This document shows, piece after piece, positions 19,807 to 30,500 of a stretch of DNA of 52,219 nucleotides (positions are counted from its first letter, which is position 1; each line of letters opens with the position of its first letter). This stretch comes from Planctomycetota bacterium (lineage in GTDB: Bacteria; Planctomycetota; B15-G4; JADJEK01). The DNA lies in the NCBI GenBank assembly GCA_044225365.1, contig JBGAIQ010000042.1, positions 1 to 52,219 on the forward strand. Reading direction: 5' to 3'. The translations under genes and the position numbers were made by a program. The notes under the pieces were generated by a model. The model worked only from the letters and a program-made list of their open reading frames with translations. It made no database searches and was not told the origin of the DNA.

Positions 19807-21447
19807 ATGAAGAATCCGGGCATTCGCGCCGAAGGCGATCTCACCCCGCTTCCGACCTCCCGAGAGATCGGGAATCTGCGCCGGTTGCAGCGGCTCGACT
19901 CGCTGCTCCCGGCTCTCGCCGCCGCGCTCGACCTTCGAACGGTGTTCGAGCGCGTCTCGGAGCTCGCCCGCGAAGTGCTGCCGCACGATCGTCTCTCGCT
20001 CGGCCTCATCGACGAGGCGCGATCGACATTCGTGCTCCACGCCGCCGCGGGAGATCGCTGGCTCGCCGTTCCCGATCTCCATCCGATCCAGTCGATCGTG
20101 TTGCCCGAGGAACCGTGGGTCTACGAGATCTTCGCCGACATCCAGGCGAAGGACAGTCCGTTCCTCGCCCTCCGAGACCCGTCGCAGAGCGGCGATCTCC
20201 ATGCGCTCCTGCGAGTTCCGATCCATCTCGAGGGAAAGCTCGTCGGGACCGTGAACTTCGTGTCGCGCGAGGTCGGCGCGTACGACGAGGACGACGTTCT
20301 CGTCGCCTCGCGGATCCGCGATCATCTCGCGCTCGCGTTGTCGCACTGGCGGCTCGCGGAAGAATCGCGCAAGGCCGAGATCGAACGCGAGCGCGCCGCC
20401 GTGGCGGAGGAACGCGTTCGGTCGTTGACCGAACAACTCGCCGCGGTCGGCGGGCGCAATCGAGCGCTCGGCGAATCGCCGGCGTTTCGGGACGTCCTGT
20501 CCCAGGCGACGAAGGTCGCGAGCGCACCGACCACGGTGTTGATCACGGGCGAATCGGGCACCGGCAAGGAAGTGCTCGCGCGGTTCATCCATCGCGCATC
20601 GGCGCGGCCGGACGGGCCCTTCATCGCCATCAACTGCGCGGCGCTACCCGAGACGCTCCTCGAGTCGGAACTCTTCGGCTTCGAGAAGGGCGCGTTCTCC
20701 GGCGCGACGGCGAGCAAGCCCGGTCGCATCGAAGAGGCCGCCGGGGGCGTGCTCTTCCTCGACGAGATCGGGGAGATGAGTCTCACCGTGCAGGCGAAGT
20801 TGCTGCGTTTCTTGCAGGAGCGCGAGTTCCAACGCCTCGGGTCGACGCGACTCCAGAAGGCCGACGTGCGAGTGATCACGGCGACGAATCGGGATCTCAA
20901 ACTCGCGACGGAGCGTGGAGCGTTCCGCGAGGACCTCTTCTATCGAGTCTCCGTGTTCGAGATCCGCGTTCCTCCGCTACGAGCACGCGGTGATGACGTG
21001 CTGCTGCTCGCCGACGCGTTCCTGAAGGACATTGCGCGTTCGCTCGGACGGCCGGCGGCAGGGATCTCGGTCGATGCACGGGAGCGGCTCCTCGGCTATC
21101 GCTGGCCGGGGAACGTGCGAGAGCTGCACAACGTGTTGGAGCGCGCGTCGATCCTCTGTGAAGGCGGCCTGATCACGAGCGAGCATCTCGCGATACCGGC
21201 TCCGTCCGTCGTGCCCGCCGTCCTCGCCGCATCGCCGAATCCGGCCACGATCGCGTCGTCTCCCTTCGCGGCTTCGCGCGGCGACGATCTCCTCGCACTC
21301 GAGCGAGCGACGATCGAGCGCGTCCTCATCGAGTCGCGTTTCAACAAATCTCGAGCGGCGAAGCGACTCGGGATCAGTCGCGGTCAGCTCTACTCGAAGC
21401 TCGAGAAGCACGGACTCGACTCCAGGATCGATCCCGAATCGAAATGA
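19807..21447 (+). CDS. Sigma54-dependent enhancer-binding protein (GAF + AAA+ + Fis HTH)
   Basis: N-terminal GAF-like region, [47 protein letters not shown] and [20 protein letters not shown]. Start trimmed to ATG 19807. Confidence 0.93.
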   Translation: MKNPGIRAEGDLTPLPTSREIGNLRRLQRLDSLLPALAAALDLRTVFERVSELAREVLPHDRLSLGLIDEARSTFVLHAAAGDRWLAVPDLHPIQSIVLPEEPWVYEIFADIQAKDSPFLALRDPSQSGDLHALLRVPIHLEGKLVGTVNFVSREVGAYDEDDVLVASRIRDHLALALSHWRLAEESRKAEIERERAAVAEERVRSLTEQLAAVGGRNRALGESPAFRDVLSQATKVASAPTTVLITGESGTGKEVLARFIHRASARPDGPFIAINCAALPETLLESELFGFEKGAFSGATASKPGRIEEAAGGVLFLDEIGEMSLTVQAKLLRFLQEREFQRLGSTRLQKADVRVITATNRDLKLATERGAFREDLFYRVSVFEIRVPPLRARGDDVLLLADAFLKDIARSLGRPAAGISVDARERLLGYRWPGNVRELHNVLERASILCEGGLITSEHLAIPAPSVVPAVLAASPNPATIASSPFAASRGDDLLALERATIERVLIESRFNKSRAAKRLGISRGQLYSKLEKHGLDSRIDPESK

Positions 21448-21483
21448 AAAGGCGCCGCGGACTCTTGGCAGTCCAACGGCGCC
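21442..21483 (-). terminator. Probable intrinsic terminator of sod, in the convergent gap
   Basis: GGCGCCG...GGACT-loop-AGTCC...CGGCGCC hairpin (21451-21483) followed by TTTTCATTT on the minus strand. Confidence 0.55.
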
Positions 21484-21506
21484 ACCCTGCTTCGTCGCGT
21501 TATGTC

Positions 21507-22097
21507 TCAGCCGAGGCGTCGATCGCAAACGGACCAGTCGACGTTCGACAGGAAGGCCTCGATGTACTTCGCCTTGTCGGCCGGCTTGTAGTCGACCATG
21601 AAAGCGTGCTCCCACATGTCGAGCACCATCACGGGACGGAACCCAGCGGGATGACCGATCTCGTGCTCGGTGATCCAGTGGTTCGTGAGCTGGCCGTTCG
21701 ACGGATCCTGATACGTGATGACCCAGCCGATTCCGCGCATCGTCGCGTTGCTCGTGAGCGCCTTCTTGTAGGCCTCGAATCCGCCGAAGCACTCGATCAC
21801 CTTCTTGCCGAATCCCGAGCCCTCCGAGAACGCCTTCGGGCTCTTCGAGAGGTTGCCGAAGTAGAGCTCATGCAGGATCTTCCCGTTGTACTCCCAACCA
21901 GCGCGGCGCTTCAGTTCGGCCCAGATCGGCGTGCCGGCCTTGCCGTCGGCCTCGAGCTGCGAGAGCGTGTCGTTCAAGGTGTTGGTATTCGCGACGTAGC
22001 CGGCGTAGAGCTTGAAATGCACCGCGAGCTGGGCGTCGGAGATCCCATTCAGGCCCGAGAGGTCGAACGTCAGCTCTGGATACTTCTGGATCGGCAT
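21507..22097 (-). CDS. Fe/Mn superoxide dismutase (ChrC/SodF-like type)
   Basis: Metal-ligand motifs HFKLYAGYV, LHELYF and DMWEHAF. GGAGG RBS before MPIQKY. Confidence 0.9.
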   Translation of the reverse strand: MPIQKYPELTFDLSGLNGISDAQLAVHFKLYAGYVANTNTLNDTLSQLEADGKAGTPIWAELKRRAGWEYNGKILHELYFGNLSKSPKAFSEGSGFGKKVIECFGGFEAYKKALTSNATMRGIGWVITYQDPSNGQLTNHWITEHEIGHPAGFRPVMVLDMWEHAFMVDYKPADKAKYIEAFLSNVDWSVCDRRLG

Positions 22098-22275
22098 CGC
22101 TGCCTCCTTCGTTGTGATTGAGTTCTTGTCGATTCGTGCGTCGATCGGTTCGATTCTGATCGCGCGCTGCGTCCGACGCAAGCATTCAGGTCGCGACGCT
22201 CGACCGGATGGATAGCACGGCTACCACGGGGCGAGGATTCGCTACGCTCGGTCACCCTCGAATTGGAGCGAGCCC

Positions 22276-22938
22276 ATGCCTTCGAAAGCGAAAGTCGCAG
22301 TGATCCTGTCCGGTTGTGGCGTCTACGACGGCGCCGAGATCCACGAGTCGGTTCTCACGCTCCTCGCGCTCGATCGGCGCGATTGCGAGATCGTGTGCGC
22401 CGCTCCGAACGTCGCTCAGATGCACGTGGTCGACCACTCGACCGGCAAGGAGATGGCGGAGCAACGCAACGTCCTGGTCGAAGCGGCGCGCATCGCGCGC
22501 GGCAAGATCCGTGATCTGAAGACTCTGCGCGCGAGCGACGTCGACGCCGTCGTCCTGCCCGGCGGATTCGGTGCGGCGAAGAACCTCTGCGATTTCGGCA
22601 AGGGCGGCGCCGACTACTCGATCGAGCCGGAGACCGCGCGCTTCCTGAAGGAGATGCATGGAGCGAAGAAGCCGATCGCGGCGCTGTGCATCGCTCCGGC
22701 GATCGTCGCAAAGGTGCTCGGCCGCGAGCACGTGACGCTCACGATCGGGAACGAGAAGGACACCGCGGCGCGACTCGAGCACGCGGGATCGAAGCACCAG
22801 GTCGCGCGGGTCGACGAGATCGTCGTCGATGAGAGGAACCGGGTCGTCACGACTCCGTGCTACATGTACGACGCGCGCATCGGCGAGGTGTGGGGCGGCA
22901 TCGAGAAGGCCGTGAACGCGTTGCTCGAACTTCTCTAA
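22276..22938 (+). CDS. elbB: Glyoxalase ElbB (ES1/DJ-1 superfamily)
   Basis: Motifs VAVILSGCGVYDGAEIHE, RNVLVEAARIARG, PGGFGAAKNL, CIAP and VTTPCYM. Confidence 0.93.
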   Translation: MPSKAKVAVILSGCGVYDGAEIHESVLTLLALDRRDCEIVCAAPNVAQMHVVDHSTGKEMAEQRNVLVEAARIARGKIRDLKTLRASDVDAVVLPGGFGAAKNLCDFGKGGADYSIEPETARFLKEMHGAKKPIAALCIAPAIVAKVLGREHVTLTIGNEKDTAARLEHAGSKHQVARVDEIVVDERNRVVTTPCYMYDARIGEVWGGIEKAVNALLELL

Positions 22939-23035
22939 TCATCGCGACCGTTTGCATTCGCGCCGGGATCGCGTTTACTTGCGGAGCGCGCGTTCGCGAA
23001 CCGCGTCGAGCACAGCGCAATCCTTGTGAACCACC

Positions 23036-24169
23036 ATGGGCTTCAAGACTTCTCGCCGCGCCATCGATGCTCTCTCGCTCGCGATCGCCACGGGCGCACC
23101 GCGTGCGGCGCGCGAGCGCATCGCGTCGCGGCCCGATCTCGCGAAGCACTGGCGTCCATTGCACGAGGCGTGCTTCCACGGTCGCGGTGAGCTCGCGCGA
23201 TTGCTCCTCGAACACGGCGCGGATCCGAACGCGGTGTCGCCCAAGACACCCCCGCATTACGCGATGCTCCCGCTCCACCGCTCGATCGAGCAGAACGCGA
23301 CCGTCCCACGAGGGCCCGAGCACGAGGGCGTCGTGCGTCTCCTCCTCGAACGCGGCGCAGATCCCAACGCTCGCGGCGGCGAACTCGATCTCGCCCCGTT
23401 GCCGCTCTCGGCCTTCGCCGGCGTGCGGCGGTTCGCGGCGCCGCTGCTCGGCGCGGGCGCAAAGCTCGACGTCTACTCGACCGCGGCGCTCGGCGACGTC
23501 GAGGGGCTCGAGGTCCGACTCCGCGAAGTCCCTCACGTCGATGTTCCCGATCAGAATGGCCTCACGGCGTTGCACTACGCCGCCGCATCGGCGTTCGGCG
23601 GCGGCGACCTCACCGTGCGCCGCCAACTCCGCGCAGCCGCGGCGAAACTCCTCGAGGCCGGTGCCTCGCTCGAACTCGCACCACCGCCCACCGCAGCGGT
23701 TCCGGAGCATCCCTACCTCCGCAAGACCGCGCTCGAGTGGGCCGTTCTGTGCGGCGGCAACATCGATGTCGTTCGTCTCCTGCTGGAGCGCGGCGCCGAT
23801 CCGAGCGTGGGAGATCTCCTCCTCTTCACGTTGATGCGGGAGGAGACCGGACTCGCATCGCTCCTGCTCCACTACGGCGCCGACGTCGATCGCCTGACCG
23901 AGCGCGGTGCGCCGCCGATCGTCGTCCTGTCGCATTGGGGCCGCGGCTCGATGGTCGAGTGGCTGCTCTTCCACGGCGCCGACCCCAACGTCCGTTCGAC
24001 GTCGGGAGACACCGCGCTGCTCGCCGCCGTTCGCCGTGGCTTGACACCGCGCACGGTGAAGGCGTTGCTCGCCCGGGGAGCCGACCGTGAGCTGCGCGAC
24101 GCAAAGGGTCGTACGGCTCGGGATCTCGCGCAATCCCTCGAACGTGGGGACCTGTTCGAGATTCTGTGA
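23036..24169 (+). CDS. Ankyrin repeat protein
   Basis: Multiple ankyrin units: PLHEACFHG...LLLEHGADPN, GLTALHYAA, KTALEWA and GDTALLAA...GRTARDLA. Confidence 0.9.
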   Translation: MGFKTSRRAIDALSLAIATGAPRAARERIASRPDLAKHWRPLHEACFHGRGELARLLLEHGADPNAVSPKTPPHYAMLPLHRSIEQNATVPRGPEHEGVVRLLLERGADPNARGGELDLAPLPLSAFAGVRRFAAPLLGAGAKLDVYSTAALGDVEGLEVRLREVPHVDVPDQNGLTALHYAAASAFGGGDLTVRRQLRAAAAKLLEAGASLELAPPPTAAVPEHPYLRKTALEWAVLCGGNIDVVRLLLERGADPSVGDLLLFTLMREETGLASLLLHYGADVDRLTERGAPPIVVLSHWGRGSMVEWLLFHGADPNVRSTSGDTALLAAVRRGLTPRTVKALLARGADRELRDAKGRTARDLAQSLERGDLFEIL

Positions 24170-24288
24170 TTGCGCGCGTTGTCCCGGGCCACGTCCGATT
24201 GTCCTGCTTCCATCGCGGGCTCCTTGCGCTATCCTGAAGCCTTCGCCGCGAGGACCGGCACCCTCCTTCTGCGGACGAGGTAGATCGC

Positions 24289-27200
24289 ATGCGCAAGCCG
24301 CTCGTGATCGGCGGAGCTCTCATCGGGCTCTTCGCCGTGGTGCTGTTCCTGTTGTTCCATTCGCTCTCGGGCGCTCCCGACGCGGTGTCGGTCGAGCGCG
24401 CAAAGGCACCCGATACGCCGGCACCCGAGGCGCCGAAGGTCGCCGAGGAAGTCGCCCCCGCGCGCGAGACGATCGCCGCGGCGGAGAAGCCGGCCGCTCT
24501 CGAAGCCCCCCCGGTATACGCCAAATTCCTTGGTGGGGTGAAGGGCCGGCTCGTCGAGCAGGACGGCACTCCGGTGCCCGGCACTCGCATCGACGCGCTC
24601 ACGATCAACATCGAAGAGCTCTTTCCGCAGTTGGATTCGATGTTCTCGGACGAGCCCATCGACTTCCAGGAAGTGAAGGGCACCACGAAGACGAAGGACG
24701 ACGGCACGTTTCTCTTCGAGAAGCTCGAGCCGCGTTCCATCTACGTCCTCGGCGTCGATCCCGTCGGTCCGCGTTCGACCGTTCGCATGGTCGACAAGGC
24801 GCCCAATGCCGGCGAAGTCGTCGACCTCGGCGACGTGGTGCTCGATCCGTTCGTCATCTTCACGGGCCGCGTCGTCGACAAGCGCGGCACTCCGATCGCC
24901 GATGCGCGGGTACGGGCGTCGAATCTGCCTTCGATCGCATTCCAGTTCGGCGTGCAGGACCTGAAGCCCGGATTCTCCGTGGCGTTCCAGGAGAACTTCC
25001 GCGGCAGCGAGGAGTGGCGCGTGGCGCGCGTTCCGACCTGGGCGTTCCGTTTGCTCGAGAAAGTGCCGCTGCCGCAGACCAAGACGAAGGAAGACGGCTC
25101 GTTCCGACTCGAGGGCGTGCCCACCGGGCTGGCGACCGTGCTCGTCGACCACGACGGATTCCTTTCGCTCACGCACGGACCGGTGTCGACGTCGAACGTG
25201 AAGGAGAAGGAACTCGGCACTCTGAAGCTCGACGACGGCGAGACGATGACGGGTATCGTGGTCGACGCCAGTGATCAGCCGATCGCAGAGGCCGAGGTCC
25301 TCGCGGGTCCGATCCAGGATCTCGCGCCGGTCGCATTGATGGTGCCCGTCGGCAAGACCGACGCGTCCGGCCACTTCACCGCAAAGGGTCTGCGAGACGT
25401 CGATCACGCGGTGGCCGCGCGAACCAAGACCGGAGTGGAATGGACGCTCGTGAAGGGCATCACTCCCGGCTACGACGAAGCGAAGATCGTCCTCGGCGAT
25501 ACCTTTCAGGTCGAGGTCACGGCGCTCGCCGACGGCGGGATGATCGCAAGACCTCAACTCGTCGTGCAGCGCAAGAACGAGCTGCCACTGCATCCCTTGC
25601 TCGTGCCGCCGATCCCGCTCGGTGGCCGTCTGCGCTACACCGACAAGGGCACCGCGATCGTCTCCGACCTCGCGAAGGGCAAGTATTCGTTGCTCGTTCG
25701 CGGTCCCGGGTACGCGGCGTCCCAGGTCGAGGCGGATCTCACGAAGGGTTCGACCAGCGTCGTCGCCGAACTCGAGAAGGAGTTCACGGCGAAAGTGACG
25801 GTCGTCGAGAAAGGCACGAAGACCCCAGTGTGGTGGGCGACCGTGGGCATCTTCGCCGACGATTCGGGAGACGGTGAATCACGTCGCAATCGCGACACGC
25901 AGGCGATCCCGCTCGCGAACAAGCGCACGGGCGAGGACGGCATCGTCACGGTCAACGGCCTGAAGAAGGGCAAGTACAAGGTCGTCGTGCTGCATCCGGG
26001 TTACGCGGAGACGTTCTCCAGTCTCGAGGCGCCAGGTGAGCCCGTCGTCGTCGAACTGCCGGCGGGCGGATCGCTCGCGGGTCGCGTCCATGAGAAGGGC
26101 CAGCCACCGAATCCCGACCGCTTCATCGGAATGGGACTGTCGGGTCGAGGCGAAGGCTTCCCGCGATTCAACGTCACCGACAAGGACGGCAACTTCCATA
26201 TCACGCACCTCGCACCCGGCGAGTATCAACTCGTCGTGATGCGGCGCTTCGCGAATCAGGGCCTCGGTGAACTCGTCGACGGCGCTGCGAAGCAGAGCTA
26301 CTTCCCCGAGCGCTTCGAGAGCGTGACGATCGAGGAGGGCAAGGAGGCCGTCCTCGACATCGATCTGCTCGGGGTCGACGCCGACGCGCCGACCGCGAAG
26401 CTCTCGGGTCGCTGCATCATCAACGGCCGGCCCGCCGGCGGCGTCCCGCTGCGCTACAACGTGAACTCCTCGGCGGGCGACGCAGCCTCGCGCAATCGGC
26501 CGCGTAATCCCCGCGCGATGATGGCGCGGATGAAGAGCACGATCACGAACGAGAACGGAACCTTCGACTTCGGCGACGTCGTCGCGGGAGATGGTTCGAT
26601 CGAAGTGAGCCAGCCCGGCGAGAAGGGCGGCATGAATTTCGGGCGTATCGCTCGCGTCAAGGTGCAGACCGCCGCGAACGACAACAGAGAAATATCGATC
26701 GATCTGAAGGTTGGCGCGATCCACGGTCGCGTGCTCGCCGATCGAACCGGCCAGCCCCTCGCCTTGGCCGAACTCCGGCTGCATGTCGAACCGCAGCCGC
26801 CCAAGCCCGGAGAGTCCGCCAACGCAGTTTCGTTCGGCGATTGGAACGCCGACGTCCGCATGAACGAGATCACCGACAAGGACGGGCGATTCCATTTCGA
26901 TTACGTGCCCGCAGGGCGATACGAGATCAACGTGGATCGCAAGGACTACGCCGCGGCCAAGGTCGGCGGAATCGTAGTGCCGGCGAATGGCGACGCGCCC
27001 GACGTCGATGTGCGCCTCATGACCGGGGTCACGGTCCGTGGCAAGATCGTTCTCCCGCCGGCTGCGCCGGGCGAGGACGCCGACAATCGCAGGTTTGCGT
27101 TCATCTCGTTCAACGGCCGCGATGGTCAGGTCGGGAACAACGGCTCGCGGGTCGACACCGAGAAATGGACGTTCGAGGCGAAGGAGCTGATGCCCGGCAA

Positions 27201-27342
27201 GTACGACGTGAACTGTTGGACCGGCAATCAGAGTCTGAAGCCGCTTCAGATCGACGTACCGAGTCAAGGCCTCGACAACGTGACGCTCACCTTCGAGGCG
27301 ATGCCGCCGCCCGAGCCGCCGAAGGCGCCCGGTTCGAAGTGA
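24289..27342 (+). CDS. Membrane-anchored carboxypeptidase-regulatory-like (transthyretin-fold) repeat protein
   Basis: N-terminal TM anchor, Pro/Ala linker, repeated GRVVDxxGxPIxxAxV...TxxDGxFxxxxxxxGxY units. Confidence 0.8.
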   Translation: MRKPLVIGGALIGLFAVVLFLLFHSLSGAPDAVSVERAKAPDTPAPEAPKVAEEVAPARETIAAAEKPAALEAPPVYAKFLGGVKGRLVEQDGTPVPGTRIDALTINIEELFPQLDSMFSDEPIDFQEVKGTTKTKDDGTFLFEKLEPRSIYVLGVDPVGPRSTVRMVDKAPNAGEVVDLGDVVLDPFVIFTGRVVDKRGTPIADARVRASNLPSIAFQFGVQDLKPGFSVAFQENFRGSEEWRVARVPTWAFRLLEKVPLPQTKTKEDGSFRLEGVPTGLATVLVDHDGFLSLTHGPVSTSNVKEKELGTLKLDDGETMTGIVVDASDQPIAEAEVLAGPIQDLAPVALMVPVGKTDASGHFTAKGLRDVDHAVAARTKTGVEWTLVKGITPGYDEAKIVLGDTFQVEVTALADGGMIARPQLVVQRKNELPLHPLLVPPIPLGGRLRYTDKGTAIVSDLAKGKYSLLVRGPGYAASQVEADLTKGSTSVVAELEKEFTAKVTVVEKGTKTPVWWATVGIFADDSGDGESRRNRDTQAIPLANKRTGEDGIVTVNGLKKGKYKVVVLHPGYAETFSSLEAPGEPVVVELPAGGSLAGRVHEKGQPPNPDRFIGMGLSGRGEGFPRFNVTDKDGNFHITHLAPGEYQLVVMRRFANQGLGELVDGAAKQSYFPERFESVTIEEGKEAVLDIDLLGVDADAPTAKLSGRCIINGRPAGGVPLRYNVNSSAGDAASRNRPRNPRAMMARMKSTITNENGTFDFGDVVAGDGSIEVSQPGEKGGMNFGRIARVKVQTAANDNREISIDLKVGAIHGRVLADRTGQPLALAELRLHVEPQPPKPGESANAVSFGDWNADVRMNEITDKDGRFHFDYVPAGRYEINVDRKDYAAAKVGGIVVPANGDAPDVDVRLMTGVTVRGKIVLPPAAPGEDADNRRFAFISFNGRDGQVGNNGSRVDTEKWTFEAKELMPGKYDVNCWTGNQSLKPLQIDVPSQGLDNVTLTFEAMPPPEPPKAPGSK

Positions 27343-27371
27343 GTCCGTCTCTTGCGTGGTCGCACAATTCA

Positions 27372-27445
27372 CCGGGGCGCACGCCTGTGCGCCCGGTTTG
27401 GCGCACCGCAAACGCCACGACGGGCAGACAGCCGTCTGCCCCTAC
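27372..27445. repeat. GTAG-type REP doublet
   Basis: Hairpin GGGCGCAC-GCCT-GTGCGCCC, then the inverted copy GGGCAGAC-AGCC-GTCTGCCCCTAC (reverse complement starts GTAGGGGC). A third degenerate GTAGGGGGCG starts at 27488. Confidence 0.65.
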
Positions 27446-27530
27446 ACGACCCACGATTCTTTGCTGAATGCGCTTCTCGCGGTTGACGTAGGGGGCGCGT
27501 CGGTGGTGGGCACCCTCGACGGAGCGACGC

Positions 27531-30500
27531 ATGCGCCGCATACTTCCCATCGTGCTCGCGGTCGCCGTGGTTGCCGCGGTGATCTTCTTCCTGCGGTCGG
27601 GTTCGACGACCGACCCGCCCGATTCGGAGGCGAATCGGCTCGAAGGGCGAGCCGCGATACCGGAGAACCCGGACACCCCGCCGACGCCCGAGGCCCCGAG
27701 CGGAATTCGCGAAGTCGTACCGCAGGCCCCAACCGACCCGAACGCGCCACCCAAGTCCTACCTTGCGGCACTCGGGACGATCACGGGTCGCGTCGTCGAT
27801 GCCGATCACACGCCGATGCCGGACTTTCCCGTCGCACTTCTCGGTGCGCCGATCGAAACGCTCGTGCCGACGCAGGCGTCATGGCTCGAGCAGCCTGACT
27901 TCGATCTCGCGCTGACGAAGCATGAGACGACGACCGACAAGACCGGGCGCTTCACGATCGATCAGGTCGATCCTTCCGCATATCACCTCTTCCGTCTCGG
28001 TGCGGGAACGAATCGAGAGAAGTTCGACGTCTGCCTCGCGCAGCCGGATCCCGGCAAGGTCTCGGACGTGGGCGATCTCGAACTCGACAAGTTCGCGGTC
28101 CTCACAGGCCGGGTGGTGGACAGCAAGGGCGTTCCCGTCGCCGCTGCACGCGTGCGTGCGACGCAGATGCCGGAAGAGTTCTTCAAGTTCGGCGGACACC
28201 GTCTCGTGCGCGGATCCGCCGTCGCGTTCAAGATCCCTGGCACCGATGGTTGGCAGGTCTACGACCTCCCGCCGATCCTCTTCCGGCTGCTCGATCTCCT
28301 GCCCTATCGCGAAACGAAGACCGGCGACGACGGCGCGTTCCGACTCGAGGGAGTGCCGCTCGGCATGATCACGATCGCCGCCGACAAGGAGCATTTCCTG
28401 CTCAACGTGCGTGGCCCGATCAACACCCAAGCCGGCGGCGAGAAGGCGATCGGAGACGTGAAGATCGGCACGAGCGAGACTCTGAAGGGACGCGTGATCG
28501 ACGGCTCGGACAAGCCCGTCGAGGGCGCAAGGGTGCTCGCGGGCAACGTCCTCTCGATCTTTCCGGTCGCCTTGCTGACGCCTTTGCCTTCGACGACTTC
28601 GCTCGGTGAATTCGCGTTCGATGGATTCACCGACGAGGCGCATGTCGTCGCCGCGCGGCGCAAGGGGGCGAGCACGTACAAGACCGCGGACGACGTGGTC
28701 CCCGGCATCGACGAGCCCGAGATCCGCGTCGACGAAACGACGACGCTCACCGTTCGCGCCACCGATGAAGCGAATCAACCGATCGCGGGCGTCACCGTCC
28801 TCGTGCAGCCGCAGAACGAGATGTCGGAGATGCCGCTGCTCCAGCCTCCGCTGCAGACGGCTGCGCAGACGCACGGAAAGGAAGACGGCAGCGTCGAGGT
28901 CGAAGGCCTGTCGCGCGCCAAGTTCAAGCTGTTCGTGAAGAAGGACGGCTACGCGATCGGTAAGGCCGACGCGGACCTGACGCAGGGTCCCGCGAGCGTG
29001 GACGTCAAGCTCGAGAAGGAGCGGGTCGGTACCGTTCGCGTCGTCGCCAAGGGATCCGGCAAGCCGATCGAGCACGCGCTCGTCGTCGCACTCGATCGCG
29101 ACAAAGACGGTGAGCATCCTTCGCCGATCCCGATCGCGCCGATCGCGACGGCTCGCACCGACAAGGACGGCATCGCACTCTTGAAGGGACTCGAAGCCGG
29201 GCCGACGTTCGTGCGCGCCGTGCACCCGTCGTACGCACAGATCGACGGCGAGCTCACGGTGCCCGGAAGTCCCATCACGCTCGAACTCACGGGCGGCGGC
29301 AACCTGAAGGGCAAACTGCTGCGCGATGGCGTCGTCATCACCGAGACGCACTTCGTCCTCGCGATTCCGAAGGACATCGACAAGTCGCTCCCGCGCCTCA
29401 CGCTCGCGAGCGCCAAGGACGGCACGTACGAGTTCACGCGCTTGCCCGCAGGCGAGTACTTCGTGCAAGCAGCGAAGAAGACCGAAGAGTTGTTCATGCG
29501 CATGGGCGGCGGCGCGCAGGGCAACATGATGATGGGCAACCCGCTCGGCATGGGGCTCGGCTCGTTGTTCGCGGGCACGGCGGTGCGCAGCACGACGGTC
29601 GTCGACGACTCGAGCGAGGACTCAGCGGGCGGCGCGGAGGAACCGCCCAGATCCGAAGCGAACCGCGAGGGGAATGGTGTCCACGTCACGATCGGAAACA
29701 AGGATCGACGCCAGGACACCGTAGCGAACAAGCCTCCGGCCGATGTCGACCCCGGCTATCGCGCCGTCGTGAAGGAAGGACAGGACACCTACCTCGAGAT
29801 CGATCTCGCACGGCTGCCGGGCGACTTCGAGAAGGGACGCCTGTCGGGTCTCGTCACGATCAACGGCGAGCCCGGTGCCGACCTCATCGTGAGCTGCGAG
29901 CAAACCGGCGGCGGGACCGCGAAGAGCGAGCGAACGGCCGCAAATGGCCGATTCGACCTCGGTGAAGTGCCGGCCGGAGCATTGCGGGTGCACGTCATCA
30001 AGGCGCATGGCGAATCGACGTCGGATCTCTCCGTGACCAAGGTCACCGTCGAACCGAGCGATGCGAAGCAACTCGAACTGCGAATCGAAGCCGGGCGGCT
30101 CGAAGGCGCGGTTCGCGCCGCGAGCAATGGGCGAACCGTCGAGGAAGCCCGCGTTCGGATCGTGCCCTTGACCGGCAAGGACGAGACCGATCCCGAAGGC
30201 TGCTTCCTGCTCGATGCGACCGATTCGACCGGACGATTCCATTTCGACGTGGTGCCGGGCGGTCGCTACCGACTCGAGGTGACGAAGCAGGGCTTCGCGT
30301 CCGCGTCGACGACGGCATTCGAAGTGCCGCAGCGCGGCCTGGCTCCACGCCAGGAAGTTCGCCTCATCGAGAACGTCCCCGTCGATGGCACGGTCGAGCT
30401 ACCGCCCGAGTGTGGCGTCCCGGAGATGCTCTTCGTGCGTTTCCCCGGCAAGGCCGAGCTCGATTTCACGAGCTTCGTGTTCGTCGATCCCAAGACGAAG

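Noticed and set aside
17853-20993. 1046-aa plus-strand ORF, and similar long ORFs at 33346-35979, 16751-18307 and 10575-12194
   Set aside because: Shadow ORFs typical of high-GC DNA. They lie antisense or out of frame to well-supported genes and have no motifs.
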